64,000 nt of DNA, from NCBI RefSeq assembly GCF_009914755.1, contig NC_060925.1, one strand, 5' to 3'. Shown in pieces: positions 51,101 to 64,000 of the stretch. The translations under genes and the position numbers were made by a program. Under the pieces are notes generated by a model. It was given only the letters and a program-made list of their open reading frames with translations. It was not told the origin of the DNA and ran no database searches. Numbering within the stretch: the stretch's first letter is position 1; every line of letters starts with the position of its first letter. This DNA is from the human T2T-CHM13v2.0 reference genome, Homo sapiens.

Positions 51101-54100
51101 ACTGAACACTGTCCTGGGACAGGTCAGGAACATTGCATACAGCCCATTGCTTTCTACACACCATGATCTCTCTCTCTCTCCCTCTCTCCTGGTTCTAAGA
51201 GACCGCCGTGCTCAGGGCAGCTCCTACACATGATGTAGTGTCCGTGTGGTGTGCTTTTTCAGGGCACTCACACACCTCCCCTGCATTCTCACAGAAGCCT
51301 GATAGCCCTTTACTAGGGCTAATGAGTTCTGCCTTCAGTGATGAATCTCCACATGCAGATACTCCTGGAAGAGGTGATTCATTGCCTTAAATCTATACCA
51401 GAGAGTAAATAACAGGCCCCTTCCTGAGAGCTGGTTTTGCTAGAAAAGTAGCAGTGGAAGACACTGAGAAGTCAAAAGGCCTTGTTTATGGGACAACCCC
51501 AGAGAGGCAGAAGTAGAGAAAAGGAAGACCTGGCCCATGCATTACCACCTCTTAGACTTAGAATTGATGTCTAAGGGCTCATATTTATTCCTGATCAGCA
51601 GGGATGAATAGAAGCTGGTTGAGAAAAGGCTGGGAGAGGAGTGTGCCAAGTAGAAGTCTAGAGACTAGAAAACGGTGATGAGTTACTGGGAAATGCAAGC
51701 TCAGGTGGAACACAGGGGTCACAGCAGAGGGAGAGAGGGGATGCAGCGAGCAGTTAGAGTGGAGGGCCAGATCACACGAGGCTTGTGTATGTGCTGTGGA
51801 GTTTGGAGTTCAAGCCAAAGGCTATGAGAATTCTGGTAAGCAAGGGAGTGAACTCTAGTAGGTGGCCCTGGCAGTGGCACAGAGAATGAATGGGAGAGTC
51901 AGGCTGAAGTAGGGAGAGCTATTTGGAGGCTGTTGTAGAAATCCAGGCACGGATGGGGAGGCTTTGATAAAGGCAGTAGCATGGAGGTGAAGAGAAAGGG
52001 GTGGGTATGAGATATACCAAAAAGGTGGAATTAGTGGGACTTGGTGACTTTCTGGATATGGAGGTGAGAGAGGGGAAGGATGTTAGTTTAGATTCCTGCT
52101 TGTAAGTTACAAGCAACTTTATATAGATTAAAGGAAAAAAGGTGTTGGGGGTAAAGGAGACTTTATTATAAGGATGTAGGAGTGTCTCACAAAACCCAAG
52201 GGCTCTAATGTCACTGGGGTCATCAGAGGCTCATTTGAACCTAGGACATCTCTGGTCCACACAGTAGACTGAAGGTGCCCGGTCAGAGTTACTTGAATAT
52301 TGAGTGTGGTTAGTTTTCCTTCTCAGGCCCAATTCCAAATGCCCAGGGAAGGCCTTGCTCTAAAATGGGTCAGATGCCCAATCCTGAACTAATCAACTAA
52401 GGCGGGGGGCAGGGGGACAGGTCACTTGGTAGAAACAAAGTGGAAAGAGGGGCAGTTTCTAGGGAGGAGCTGCTAGACCAGACAAATCAATGGATGTCCA
52501 CTCTCTCCTATTCCATTGCTGGCTGGCTCTCTGCCTCCTTCTACTTCTGAAGATGTACTTATTTAGCATAAATTAATCATCTTATAGAAAAGTATCTCCC
52601 CGTAAGAGACAACCCAACTTAGTATCCAGGAATGGCAGAAGCAACTCCTCTGTGTGCCTCTCTCTCCAGGTGATATTTTTTTCCTCCTCCTGCTTGGCTT
52701 GTTCTAATCCAGATGTGATGTCTCACCATCCTACAGCCAACAGACTAAATGGTAAATTTAACCTGGTGTGTATACATGCAGACCTCAGCTTGCTATAGAT
52801 ATTTCACTTGGTAGATTAATCACTGAAAATATTTAGTCAATACACTTGCTCATCCATACATTCATACATTTGAATATGAAATTAAATTACATTCATGCAC
52901 CCCTCCATTCTTTGGGGTACATGAATGTAACAATTTTAGCCTTGTCAGGCAGCCTAGAGCCATGACAGAGTCTGGGATGTAGGGTTAGACAGACTGGCTG
53001 TGGAATTCTGGCTCCACCATAACTGCTGTTGACCTTGGGCAAGTCACTTCATCTCTGTGAGCCTCAGTTTCTTAATACTAAGGTGGGGATCATAAAAATA
53101 TTCACCTCTGCTTACTGGTGCTTACTGCTAACCACATGTTCCTTTCTTTATCCCTTTAGAAATGAAACCCCAACCCTCAATTGGAAGGCTGAAAATAACA
53201 AAGAATGTAAAGATCACAGAAGGCTTAACAAAGGGTAAATCTTAGATTTAGCATCGAGGGGAAACTTGGACGCTAATATGAAGGTGAAGTCTTACTTGGG
53301 AGCAAGAGAGATGAGTCTAGTCTCAGCTTTATGGGGGCTTCAAAACCGCAGACCCAGGTTCAAATCTCAATGCTGCAACTCATATGGTGGGGAATCTTGG
53401 GCAAGTTGTTTTTTTCTAAGCCGTAGTATTCTAACAGTACTAGGTTGTTGTGGAGATAAGAGATGTATGTAAAAATGTCCAACCCGTTGCTTGCCCCATT
53501 CACAAATACATGTTGAATGTTGAATGAATTTTAAAATAGTAATCGTTTATTAGATAGAGATAATTATAATCATGCCCATTTCAGACTCACCAGGTGAACT
53601 GATTAGGACCTCTGTCTGCACCTCTGTTTTCGTATTTGAAAAAGGAAACTTTATTATTTTTGACTCTCTGTTCCTTCCATCTAGTGATTGTGATTTAAGT
53701 AGCTGAGGTTCTCCCCACCCCACCCTTTTTGGGGGTTTGCTTTGTTGCAGGGACTGAACTTTAAGCAGATAACTTGCTGAAGCTTGGGTGATTCCTGAGG
53801 TGTTCTCAGAGATGGGTCTGTGGAGCCAACTGCCAGCCCCTTCCTTGCTTTTGTTGGCAGGGCAGCCAGGCATATCTGGTGGCTGCAGCTGCCCAGGGAG
53901 TTGCTGCCTGGAAACCCAGAGAGTGGGGAGGACTTTCTCTGGAGGACAGACAGCACCGCCTGACGCAAGGCAGTGAGCAGAGCGAGGCTGGCACAGGCAT
54001 CCCTGGCCTGATGCTGAGTCCTGAGTAGAGACCCAAGGGACGCCTCACTTTAGACAGGAGGAAACCTGGTTATGTGCTCTGAGAGCCAACGCTGCCATCC

Positions 54101-54549
54101 AAAGAGACTCCTAAAATAGCAGCAACACGATTGAGAGAGGGCGGCACCGCCCCAGAGTTCCAACTCCTGCTGACATTTCTTATTCTCCTTTCTCTAAAAA
54201 ATTACTTTCTTCCTTCTGAAAACCCAACTCAAGCTGTTCCAGTGAATCTTGGGAGCCCCCCTCAACTCTCATCTTCCTTCAACACTTTGATTTCACCCTC
54301 CTTTCCTCTTATTCTCTCTTCCTTACTTCTCTCACAATTTAGGGCTGTGTTACATGAAGTGATGTATGTGGTTCCCGAAAAAGCATGTGCTATTCAAGCT
54401 CTCCATTTCTTCCCAGGAGCTTTTTGGTGTTTTAGCTCCACTTCTTATTGACCTTGAAATGTATGCCCAGAACCACACGGCTTTTGCTTAACTCCAGGGA
54501 ACCCTACAATATGATTTGTATCCCTTAGGATTAATGAGGATTTGAACAC

Positions 54550-54891
54550 TGCTATGGTTTGAATGTCAGTCCCCAAAACTTCATGTGGAAAGTTAATCCC
54601 TCTGTCCTCATGAATGGATTAATGTAGCTATCGCTGGAGTGGGTTCATTATCAAGGGAGTGGCTCTGTTATAAAAGTGAGCTTCCTCTGGCTCTCTTTTC
54701 CTGTGCTCTCTCTGTCTCTTGCACTGACTTCCACTTTCTGCCTTTCTACCATGGGATGACCATCACTAGATGTTGGTGCCATGCTCTTGGACTTCCCAAC
54801 TTCCAGAATAGCAAGGCAAATAAACTCCTTTTCTTTTTAAATTGCCTAGTCTGTTGTATTCTGTCACAGCAACAGAAAGTGGACCAACACA
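54550..54891 (+). mobile_element. MaLR solo LTR (MST-type)
   Basis: tgctatggtttgaatgt start, ctcatgaatggattaatg, cttggacttcccaacttccagaa, end ...ggaccaacaca. Confidence 0.8.
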
Positions 54892-57054
54892 AGTACTTTG
54901 TATAGCCCTGTACAAGCATGTAATGTCATCCTCATAACCATCCTGCAGTGTAGATGTTGTTACCCTTAGCTCGTAGATAAGGAAATGGAGGCAGACAGCT
55001 GGACTAACTTGCTCAAGGACAAGAATGTACAGCTAGTAAGTAGCAAGGTAGCTTTGGTCCCAGGTCTGTGTGATTGCAAGTTCATGCCATCCATCACACT
55101 CTATCCTGGAACATTTAGCTTTTTAAAATCTGACTTCAGCCCTTCACCCACATGCCTTATCTCATTATAGAATTCCATGCTTAAGGCTCTCCAACCACTT
55201 ACATGCAAAGTGGAACGAACAGCTTTAACCAACCAATCACAGATGCAGTCACGGAGTGAGGTGTCCCAGAGCTACCACAGCAGCTCTGTGTACTTGGGAA
55301 GTAATTGACCTCTCTAGGAAGTCATGAGCCCCAGTTTTGTCTATTTGCCGAAACAACTGGTTGGACTGAGTGATTTTCAGGGTGGTCCCTTTTAGCCCTA
55401 AAATTCTGAATTCTTGGGTAAAGCCAAGCAGCTTGATTTATTGGTCCTTTGTAGTGTGTTCTAGAACACAGCTGTCTTAAATGTAGCTATCCACAGAAAA
55501 TGGCTGTTCTGTATGTTTTCATAAGGCCATCAGTCGCTGTAGAAAATGTTGAACATTTGAGGTGTAAGAAGGATAGACATTTGGTGCTTTTCATGCCACA
55601 TTTCTCAACACCTGTACATCTTGTGTTTGCATAAATTATAACATGGTAATTGCATAGCCATTGTGGGCAGCCTATACCTCAAAGGTGAGTGGGAGAGGAG
55701 TGGGAAGCAGGAGGGCTGCCCCAGGGCTCACTGCCAAGAGAATCTGGCTGGTCCGTTCTGAAGTGGTGAATCACTTCCTGTGGAGCACGTGTCCTGGCCC
55801 AGGTGGCAGGAGAAACAGTCCTGGTTCCAGACCTGCCCCTGGCTCACTCTGGGATGGGAACAAGCTCAGTAGTGATAGAACATTCACCACAGCTCCACTT
55901 CTTGAGTGCTTTCCATGCAATCTCACTAATTCTCCAAGCATTGCTGGGAGACAGGTGCAGTTTCCCCTATGTTAGAGATGAGAAAACAGAAACTCGGAAA
56001 GTGTAAGCAGTTAGACAAAGCCACAGAGTCTGGATTGGAACCGAGGGCTTATTTATTCAGAGCCAGTGCTTTCGAACACCAAACTATATTCAGGTTCCCT
56101 TAACCTTTCCATCTGTGAAGTGAGGGACTTGAACCAGTGCTTTCCAGCATATGACATGCATACTTCTGGGGGTACTTGAGACTATTTTAGGTGGTGTCCA
56201 GATATTCACTTTTAATTTTAATGACTATGTTTTTCATTTTAAAGGGTGTTAAGAAAAACGTAACTCAAACTCACACATTTAGGATGCATACAAATATAAA
56301 GGGGAATTGATTTAGGCTCTATTTATAGAAAAGTCAGTCCAGATGATAAGGCAAACATGGTGAGGGTGAGGACCTTCACAAATGCCTAAAGTTTGGGGAT
56401 TACTGAGTCAGATAATATGCTCCAATGTTTTCTGGTTCCTGCAGGACACAGCAGGACCATGGCCTCCCTGAGCCTCCAGCACAGTGTCCTAGCTCTAGGG
56501 CATTTGGGACACAAACAGGGAGAGAAACAAACTGTCTTCAGGAGAGTTAATTGGTCAAGGCTCAATTTATCCTCTTTCTAATATCTCCCCCTTCCTTTTA
56601 CATCTCCTAAGCATTCAAGGCTTTGATGTCAACATATTCCTTGAGTGAGTAGTTTGGCATAAATTGCAAAGTGGTTGGATGCAGATGTATTTAGTTAGGC
56701 CAGCACAGTGATCTGTTTGTTTTTAATTTGTGAATTTGAATGTCTTTAGGTTGGGCATGCACTCTAGTTTGCACAGACTTCCCCTCTCCTGATAATATTA
56801 CCTACGATAACTACCAGAAGGCATATGAGTTTGTGACTCTTGGCTTAAGACCTTATTTCCCCAAGGTCAAAATCCTTAAAGGCCTGAAGAAGTAGTCCTT
56901 CAGGGCATTGAGCTCCTAGGGAGCCATCAGCACTGTGGGATTTCTAACACACCTAGAGTCTCTAATTCTTGTGGAGTTTCTGTGCCAGCCCTGCAGATGA
57001 GAGGAAGTCAGGACAGGAGCCTTGCCTAGAGATTGCCATCTGCACAGCCTTTTA

Positions 57055-57511
<457 letters not shown>

Positions 57512-58850
57512 TCACTCCCCTGTCTGAATGAAGGCAGCCACCAGGCTGGAAACCTCACACTCATCATGATTTCTTCTGTCTCTTTTCCCATACCTCATCC
57601 CTCGCCAAGGACTCTCAGTTCGATTAGTGTTGATTTTATGTATTTCACCCCTTTATAGCTCGTAAGTTCACCTTTCCCAGTGCAACAATTTTCTAAGAGC
57701 TCTTACCTACACATCGCTACCAGGTTAATATTCTTAAAGAACAGTTCTGACTGCACCACTTCTTTGCCAGAAGTCAACAGCTCGGCACGGCCTTCTGGAT
57801 AAAGTCCAACACCTCAGCTTGCCCGTGACTTGGCCCTGGGCTACCCACTTTCCACTATCCCTGTGCTCTCCAATCATGCTCCAGGCTTTCTTGAAACTCA
57901 GGTTACAGCTTCCATCTGCATGGACCATTCTTTCAAGAGTTTTGGTTATGAAGAGAAGTGGAACGAAAGAGCCCATAAGAGAAGTGGAGAGGAAGAACAA
58001 ATGGTAGAGGAGATAATCCAGAGAGGGATTTTTATTTCCATAGACAGATGTGATTTGAGCATGATTAGAGGCAGAGATTAAAGGGCCCACTGACGAGAGG
58101 TGAAAGATAAATACTGGCACCTACTGAACACCTTCTATGGGCCAGAGATTCAACTCTGTTTTACAGGAATAGCTCATTTGATCCTCTCAACAACCTTACA
58201 AAGTAGATGCCATTTTACAGATAGGGAAACCAAGGCCCAGAGAGAAAATTTATTCATGTAATAGCTAGAGAGAAGTAGAACTAAGATGGGAACCCAAGCC
58301 ATTCCACTTCGAACCTGCTCTCTTCACCATTTCATATAAGAAAGAGGGAATGACAAGCAGAGCAAAGTCCCTTACAAGGGGGGAGGAGGAGTAATTCCAA
58401 GCATGGGTGGGATGGTCATCCACCCACCTCACACAGGAAGAGGAACACCTCTTCCCTGAGCCAGGGGAGAAGTAGGGTGGGATGTAGATGATGCAGTTTG
58501 ACTCACAGATGTATGAAAGCTGTTGAAAATGTTCTTGCTAACGGTTTTCTGTTGATAATTAGAAAGAAGTGGTGGGGTAGAGCTTGAGGAGAGTGAGGGA
58601 GTTCTAAAATAGTTGCTCTGGGGGAATGAAAGAGAAATTGTAAGGACCTGGAGTCGGCATGCCCTGTGCTGAAAGCTTGCTCAGCTGAAGTTACAGACCA
58701 TGGATTTGTACAGGACTCAGGCACAGAGTTGTGTGAGTTCTTATCTTCCTTCTGCTACTAGTTCTAGGTGTCACTCACACACTGTCTCCTTTGTGAAACC
58801 TTCCGTGATCTCTTAAGCTGGCTGTGGACTTCCTTTAAGTTCCCACAGCA

Positions 58851-58975
58851 GCCAGGTGTGGTAGTGCATGCCTGTTGTCCTAGCCACTCAGGAGGCTGAG
58901 GCAGGAGGACTGCTTGAGCCCAGGAGTTTGAATCTAGTCTGAGCAACATAGCAAGACCCCACTTTCTAAAAAAAT
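58851..58975 (+). mobile_element. FLAM-type Alu monomer
   Basis: Single 7SL-derived arm with A tail and degenerate TSD. Confidence 0.75.
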
Positions 58976-59739
58976 AAATTTCCACATCATTTTGACCCTT
59001 TTGCATGATCCTTGTATTAATATATCTTGTATTATAGTTAGATGTGTATACTTCTGTCTTACTACATTAAAGGCTCTCTGACGGCAAGGATGATGTCATA
59101 CTTATTTTCTTTCTTTCTGCTCTAGTACATTATATTGTATTATAGTTGCTCATTAAATGTATAGTCATTTATTGGTTAACTGTTCCCCTCCAGATGGAGC
59201 TATTTCTTTTATTTTTCCTCTTTTATTATTTTTTCATCTCTTACTATCTATCTGTGCCCCAGAATCTCTCTTTTTGCTTTTTTAATTTTTCTTCCTCACT
59301 GAAACTCTCAGGTGACTAATGGTGGCTGTGGGCACTGCCTTGCTGATCTGGGTTCTCTTGAGGCTAACTGTGCAGAACACTTCTAGAATAAATGAAGATC
59401 ATGTAACAAATAGAGATGGTAGTGCTGTCTGAAGAGTCTCTGGAGTATGTCACTGTGCTTCTTACCAACATAGGGATGCCTTGACTAAAGTGGGCCTGAA
59501 ATGGCTGAAAAGAAAAACCCTTAGTTTCTACAGACAGAAATGGTATGTAATTTAACAGTGTTACACAGGGACCTACACGGGGGCTCCATAGCACCCACAT
59601 TTCTACACAGTTCATTTTTTTCTGGATTTTTCTTTCTTTAGTTGCTACCCTCAAAGTGCCACAGCATGAACAGAAGACTTGTCTCACAGAAGTCAACAGT
59701 CATTGAGGAGATGCATGTAGACATGGAGCAGAACCCCTG

Positions 59740-60237
59740 TGTGGTGGGCTGCAGACTGCTTCCTCCAACCTCCCTGCCCCATCCCCACACAAAAAGATAA
59801 CCAAATCCTAATCTCTGGAACCTGTAAATGTTTCCTTATTTTGAAAAAGAGTCATTGCAGATGTGATTAAGGATCTTGAAATGAGGAGCTTATTCTGGCT
59901 TGTGTAGGTGGACCCTAATTGTCATCACAAATGTCCTTATAGGAGAGAGTTAGAGGGACATTTGATACACACAAAAGAGAAAGCAACATGAAGAAGGAGC
60001 AGACAGAGGTTTGAAGATGCTGGCCTTGAAAACAGGAGTAATACGTCCCCAAGGCAAGGAACAGATTTTCCCCTAGAGCCTCTAAAAGGACTGCAGCCCC
60101 TTTAACACCTTGATTTTGGTCCAGTGAAACTGATTTTGCACTTGTGTCCTCCAAGATTGTGAGAGAATAAGTTTCTGATGTTTTAAGCCACTAAATGTGC
60201 AGTAATTTGTTATAGCGGCCACAAGAAATGATATATA
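59740..60237 (+). mobile_element. MaLR solo LTR (MLT1B/C-like)
   Basis: ttgcagatgtgattaaggatcttgaaatgagg...ttttaagccactaaatgtgcagtaatttgttatagcggcc. Confidence 0.8.
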
Positions 60238-61943
60238 CCATAATACCACCAGAAAGACAAGCCATTCCCTAATGGTAAGTAACAGACAGGAGGCATTTTG
60301 CAGAGTATATTGTAAGAAAGAAAAATCTTATTATCATTTTCGTTGTTAAAGACCTTGACGTTCAAATGATAAAAGTGATTTCAGACAGAGGCTAAAAAAT
60401 GGTCATGTGTAAGGTAAGAAAGTCACTGATGAATAGATGACTCCCTCCCAGCACAGACTCGTATGGAGCAAGAGCAGCATAGGTCACTTGAAGACGATTG
60501 GCCAAGCCTCAATAATGCAAGAAAAGGGAAATCCAGATTGTACCAGAACAGACATAACCTCTTAGGCCTGTGCAGTTACAGATTTTTTCCCACTTACCTC
60601 ATAAGGGAGAATTTGAAGTTAATATAAAAGAATCAAATGTTCAGTATTTATTTTATGCTTAACTAGATATAACCAATTCTACTTTAGACTCATTTGTTGA
60701 TGTGCATTCAGTTACTTTCAATTAGTCCTTATAACATTTTTATAGTTTCCTGAGGAGAGAAACTCCTCCAGATAGTGTTATGGATCATTCTAGATCCAAT
60801 GGGCCCCACCAGAGTGTAGCAATCAAACTTCTGTTGCTCAGAGAGGGTGAGCCAGGTGCACGGTGCTCTTTCAGAATGCTGCGACCACCAGGCTTTTTCC
60901 AGGGTGTGTGGGCAATCCATTTACTAGCAGTAGAGGAAGGAGTAGCATGGTAGGTAAAAGAGTAGCAAGCTGATGGTTTCTATGAAAACAGAAATAAGGT
61001 AAGTTCCTCCTTAGTAAAAGGAAAATATAAAATCAGAAATGGGATATCTTCCTATAAGAAAAGAATTGGCTTTACTTAAATGGAAACTGAGGAGGACTCC
61101 CTCTTCTGGCTGCAATGGAGTAACTGCTAACAGACTTCCACCCCACTGCAGACAACCAGAAGACAAGACAAAAGACATGAAACAAGTTTCAGACATTGCA
61201 CAACAGGTAGCCCAAGACCATGAGCCCTCAGAGAAAGGAAACAAACAAGGTGAGACTTAAGATTAGCACAGTTTTCTGCCTGGAGGAACTTTCTGGAGTG
61301 TGATGCAGGGAGGGGAAACCCAGGAAGATTGTGGCATCTTCCTAACTGAGTTAAGGAGACAGAGATCAGAGTTCAGGGAGGCCAAGGCAGCTTGAATATT
61401 CAAGGTACAGTATCAGGAAGAAGGGAGTGAGATAGGTTCAGAAATGGGCATAAGGTTTTGTCTTGAACCCTGGACTGAACACTAAGCTGTACATATGTAG
61501 AATGAAACTCCATGACAGGTGTACAAATAAAATTATGAGAGAAGGAACAATTACCAGAGAGACCTAACATAAGCGATTAACATGAGCTCACACAGGATGG
61601 ATAAGATGTTCGATTTCTGACCATTCAGAGTAGAGAGGCCTCTTTCAACAGTCATGCATTCAGTAGAGACCCCAAAATGGTTATGCTTCATGAAGTATTA
61701 GGGCTCAGCCAGGCCACAGTAAAGGCAGTGGTGTGTTGAAGTTGGCTTGCACTAGTTTGTGAGAGCCAATTGTGTATATCTCTTGTCTCAACTTCAATGA
61801 CATACATTGGTAGCTGGAAATCAGCTATTACAGAATATTTACGCCAAGTAAATCAGCATATACTACAATTTACAGTTGTTTCAACCACCCCCACCCCAGA
61901 GAGCTGATTGTTGAGCACTTACCAGGTATAATACCACAGGTAT

Positions 61944-62705
61944 TGTAGGAAGATATATAGTCTTTGTCCCTGGTCACGGGGACGCAGTACTCCTAAAAAT
62001 CCTGGCATTTTCAGAATGATAAGGGTGATAGGAGTGTCTTTTGTTCTAACAAGGCAACTCTTGGCAGGCCACTAGATAGCTTCAGGATGGGGGATAGTCA
62101 CCAGAAAGATAAAGCTTGGAATTTTCCACCCCACCGCTCAACCTGGGGGTTGTGTGTGGCAGTGGAAGGTGGGGAGGATGAGAAACAGGGCTAGAAATAT
62201 TAAGTCAATCACTAATGGCCAGTGATTCAATTAATCATGCCCTAGTAACAGAACCTCCATAAAAATCCCCAAATGACAAGGTTTGGACAGCTTCCAGGTT
62301 GTTGAACACATCAAGGCACTGGGAGGGAATGGATGCTCTGAGTCCCCCTCCCCTCATACCCTGCGCTATGCATCTCTTCCATAGGCTGTTTCTGAGTTGT
62401 ATCCTTTATCATAAATCAGTAATAGTAAGCAAAGCACTTTTCTGAATTCTGTGAGTCATTCTAGAAAATTATCAAACATGAAACAGGGGGGATTGTGGGA
62501 ACTTCCAACTTTGCACTCATTTTGGGCAGAATGGGGGTAACCTGGGGACCCAATAATTGAGAAGCATCTAAAGTAAGAACAATTTTGTGGAGTGAGCCCT
62601 TAAACCTGTGGAGTCTGATGCCAACTCCAGGTAGTTGGTGTTGGCGTTGAATTGAATTGCAGGACACCTCATTGGTGTCAGAACTGGTTGGTGTCAGGAA
62701 GAAAA
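61944..62705 (+). mobile_element. MER21-family LTR
   Basis: tagatagcttcaggatgggg, aattaatcatgcc...aacctccataaaa, ccaactccaggtag...gaattgaattgcaggacacc. Confidence 0.7.
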
Positions 62706-62986
62706 AAGCCTCTCAATACCACTGAGTAGAACCTATCCAAGGTCCACCCTAGAAAAGCTTTCAAACAAGTCTCAAAATGATCAAGTTAGTCTGCAAGTAA
62801 CTTAACTGCCTCTCAAAATAAAATTAAACTTTCTTTAAAGGAAAACATTAAAACACCACCAACAGTGTAATATTCAAAATGTCCAGCATCTAATAAAAAA
62901 TTACTAAACATATAAAAAAGCAAAAAAAAAAAAAAATGTGGCTCATCACCAAAAGAAAAATCGCTCAATAGAAAGAAACCAAGATG

Positions 62987-63222
62987 GACCAGCTTGGGCA
63001 ACATAGTGAGACCCCCATCTCTAAAAAAAAAATAATAATAATAATAATAATAATTAACCACGCATATTGGTGAATGTCTGTAGGCCTAGCTATGCAGGAA
63101 GATGAGGCAGGAGGATTGCTAAAGCCTAGGAGTTTGAGGTCATAGTGAGCTATGATTGTGCCATTGCACTCCAGTCCAGCTTGGGCAACAGAGGGAGACC
63201 CTGTCTCAAAAAAAGAAAGAAA
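62987..63222 (+). mobile_element. 5'-truncated AluJ with (TAA)n middle linker
   Basis: Part of left arm, (AAT)n expansion, right arm. Confidence 0.8.
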
Positions 63223-63569
63223 GAGGCCAAGGTGGAATTAGTAGACAATATGTTAAAATAGATATTATAAATATAAATATAAGGAGATATTATAAATATT
63301 TTCCACAATATAAAATTTCTGCAATATTTCATGGAAAAAATATAAATTGTCCCATACAATAAACAAATAAAGTAAGTCTCAAAAAGATTTAATGGAAAAT
63401 ATGAATATGAGAAGAGAAATGAAAGACAAAAAATTAAATGGAATATCTAGAGCTGGAAAATACGATGTCTGTAGTAAAAATTTCACTGGATAGACTGAAC
63501 AGCATATTATTATAGAAGCTATAGAAAAACGGTTAACAAACTGGATAACCTAACAATTGAAACTATTTA

Positions 63570-63925
<356 letters not shown>

Positions 63926-64000
63926 CTGAGAAGAACAACAAACTGTGCCAGGACAAACTGTGGAACAATATCAAGGGGCCTAACATGTGTAATTGGAGTC

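Noticed and set aside
54128-54150. CTCF-like motif gagagggcggcac
   Set aside because: Lacks the conserved 5' CC half; not supportable without ChIP data.
60260-61005. Several consensus-like plus-strand splice donors (GTAAG) suggesting lncRNA exons
   Set aside because: No matching acceptor or promoter structure can be established from sequence alone.

Overview
Human (or great-ape) genomic DNA containing the complete OLFML2B gene (olfactomedin-like 2B / photomedin-2) on the minus strand. Eight GT-AG exons (CDS 43732->3983) join to 2253 nt = 750 aa + TGA. The protein has a signal peptide, two CxCxCx9C motifs, a coiled-coil region, a Ser/Thr/Pro-rich linker and a C-terminal olfactomedin domain. 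The CpG-island promoter is at ~43.9-44.5 kb and the AATAAA at 3517-3522. The last ~20 kb is upstream intergenic DNA (toward NOS1AP on 1q23.3, from recalled gene order). The rest is typical interspersed repeats: Alus, L1, L2, MIR, MaLR and ERV1 LTRs, and a near-full-length Tigger1 nested in a MER45. I see no clearly new multi-gene system. The best leads are: a 98-bp near-perfect templated insertion with a 6-bp target duplication; a candidate TDP-43-type cryptic poison exon abutting a (UG)20 tract; an inverted-Alu-flanked exon 2-4 block that would form a stop-free circRNA; a dense E-box cluster; a single uORF; a NAGNAG acceptor; and an AP-1-bearing solo LTR upstream. Repeat family names come from recalled consensus sequences, not from a database search.
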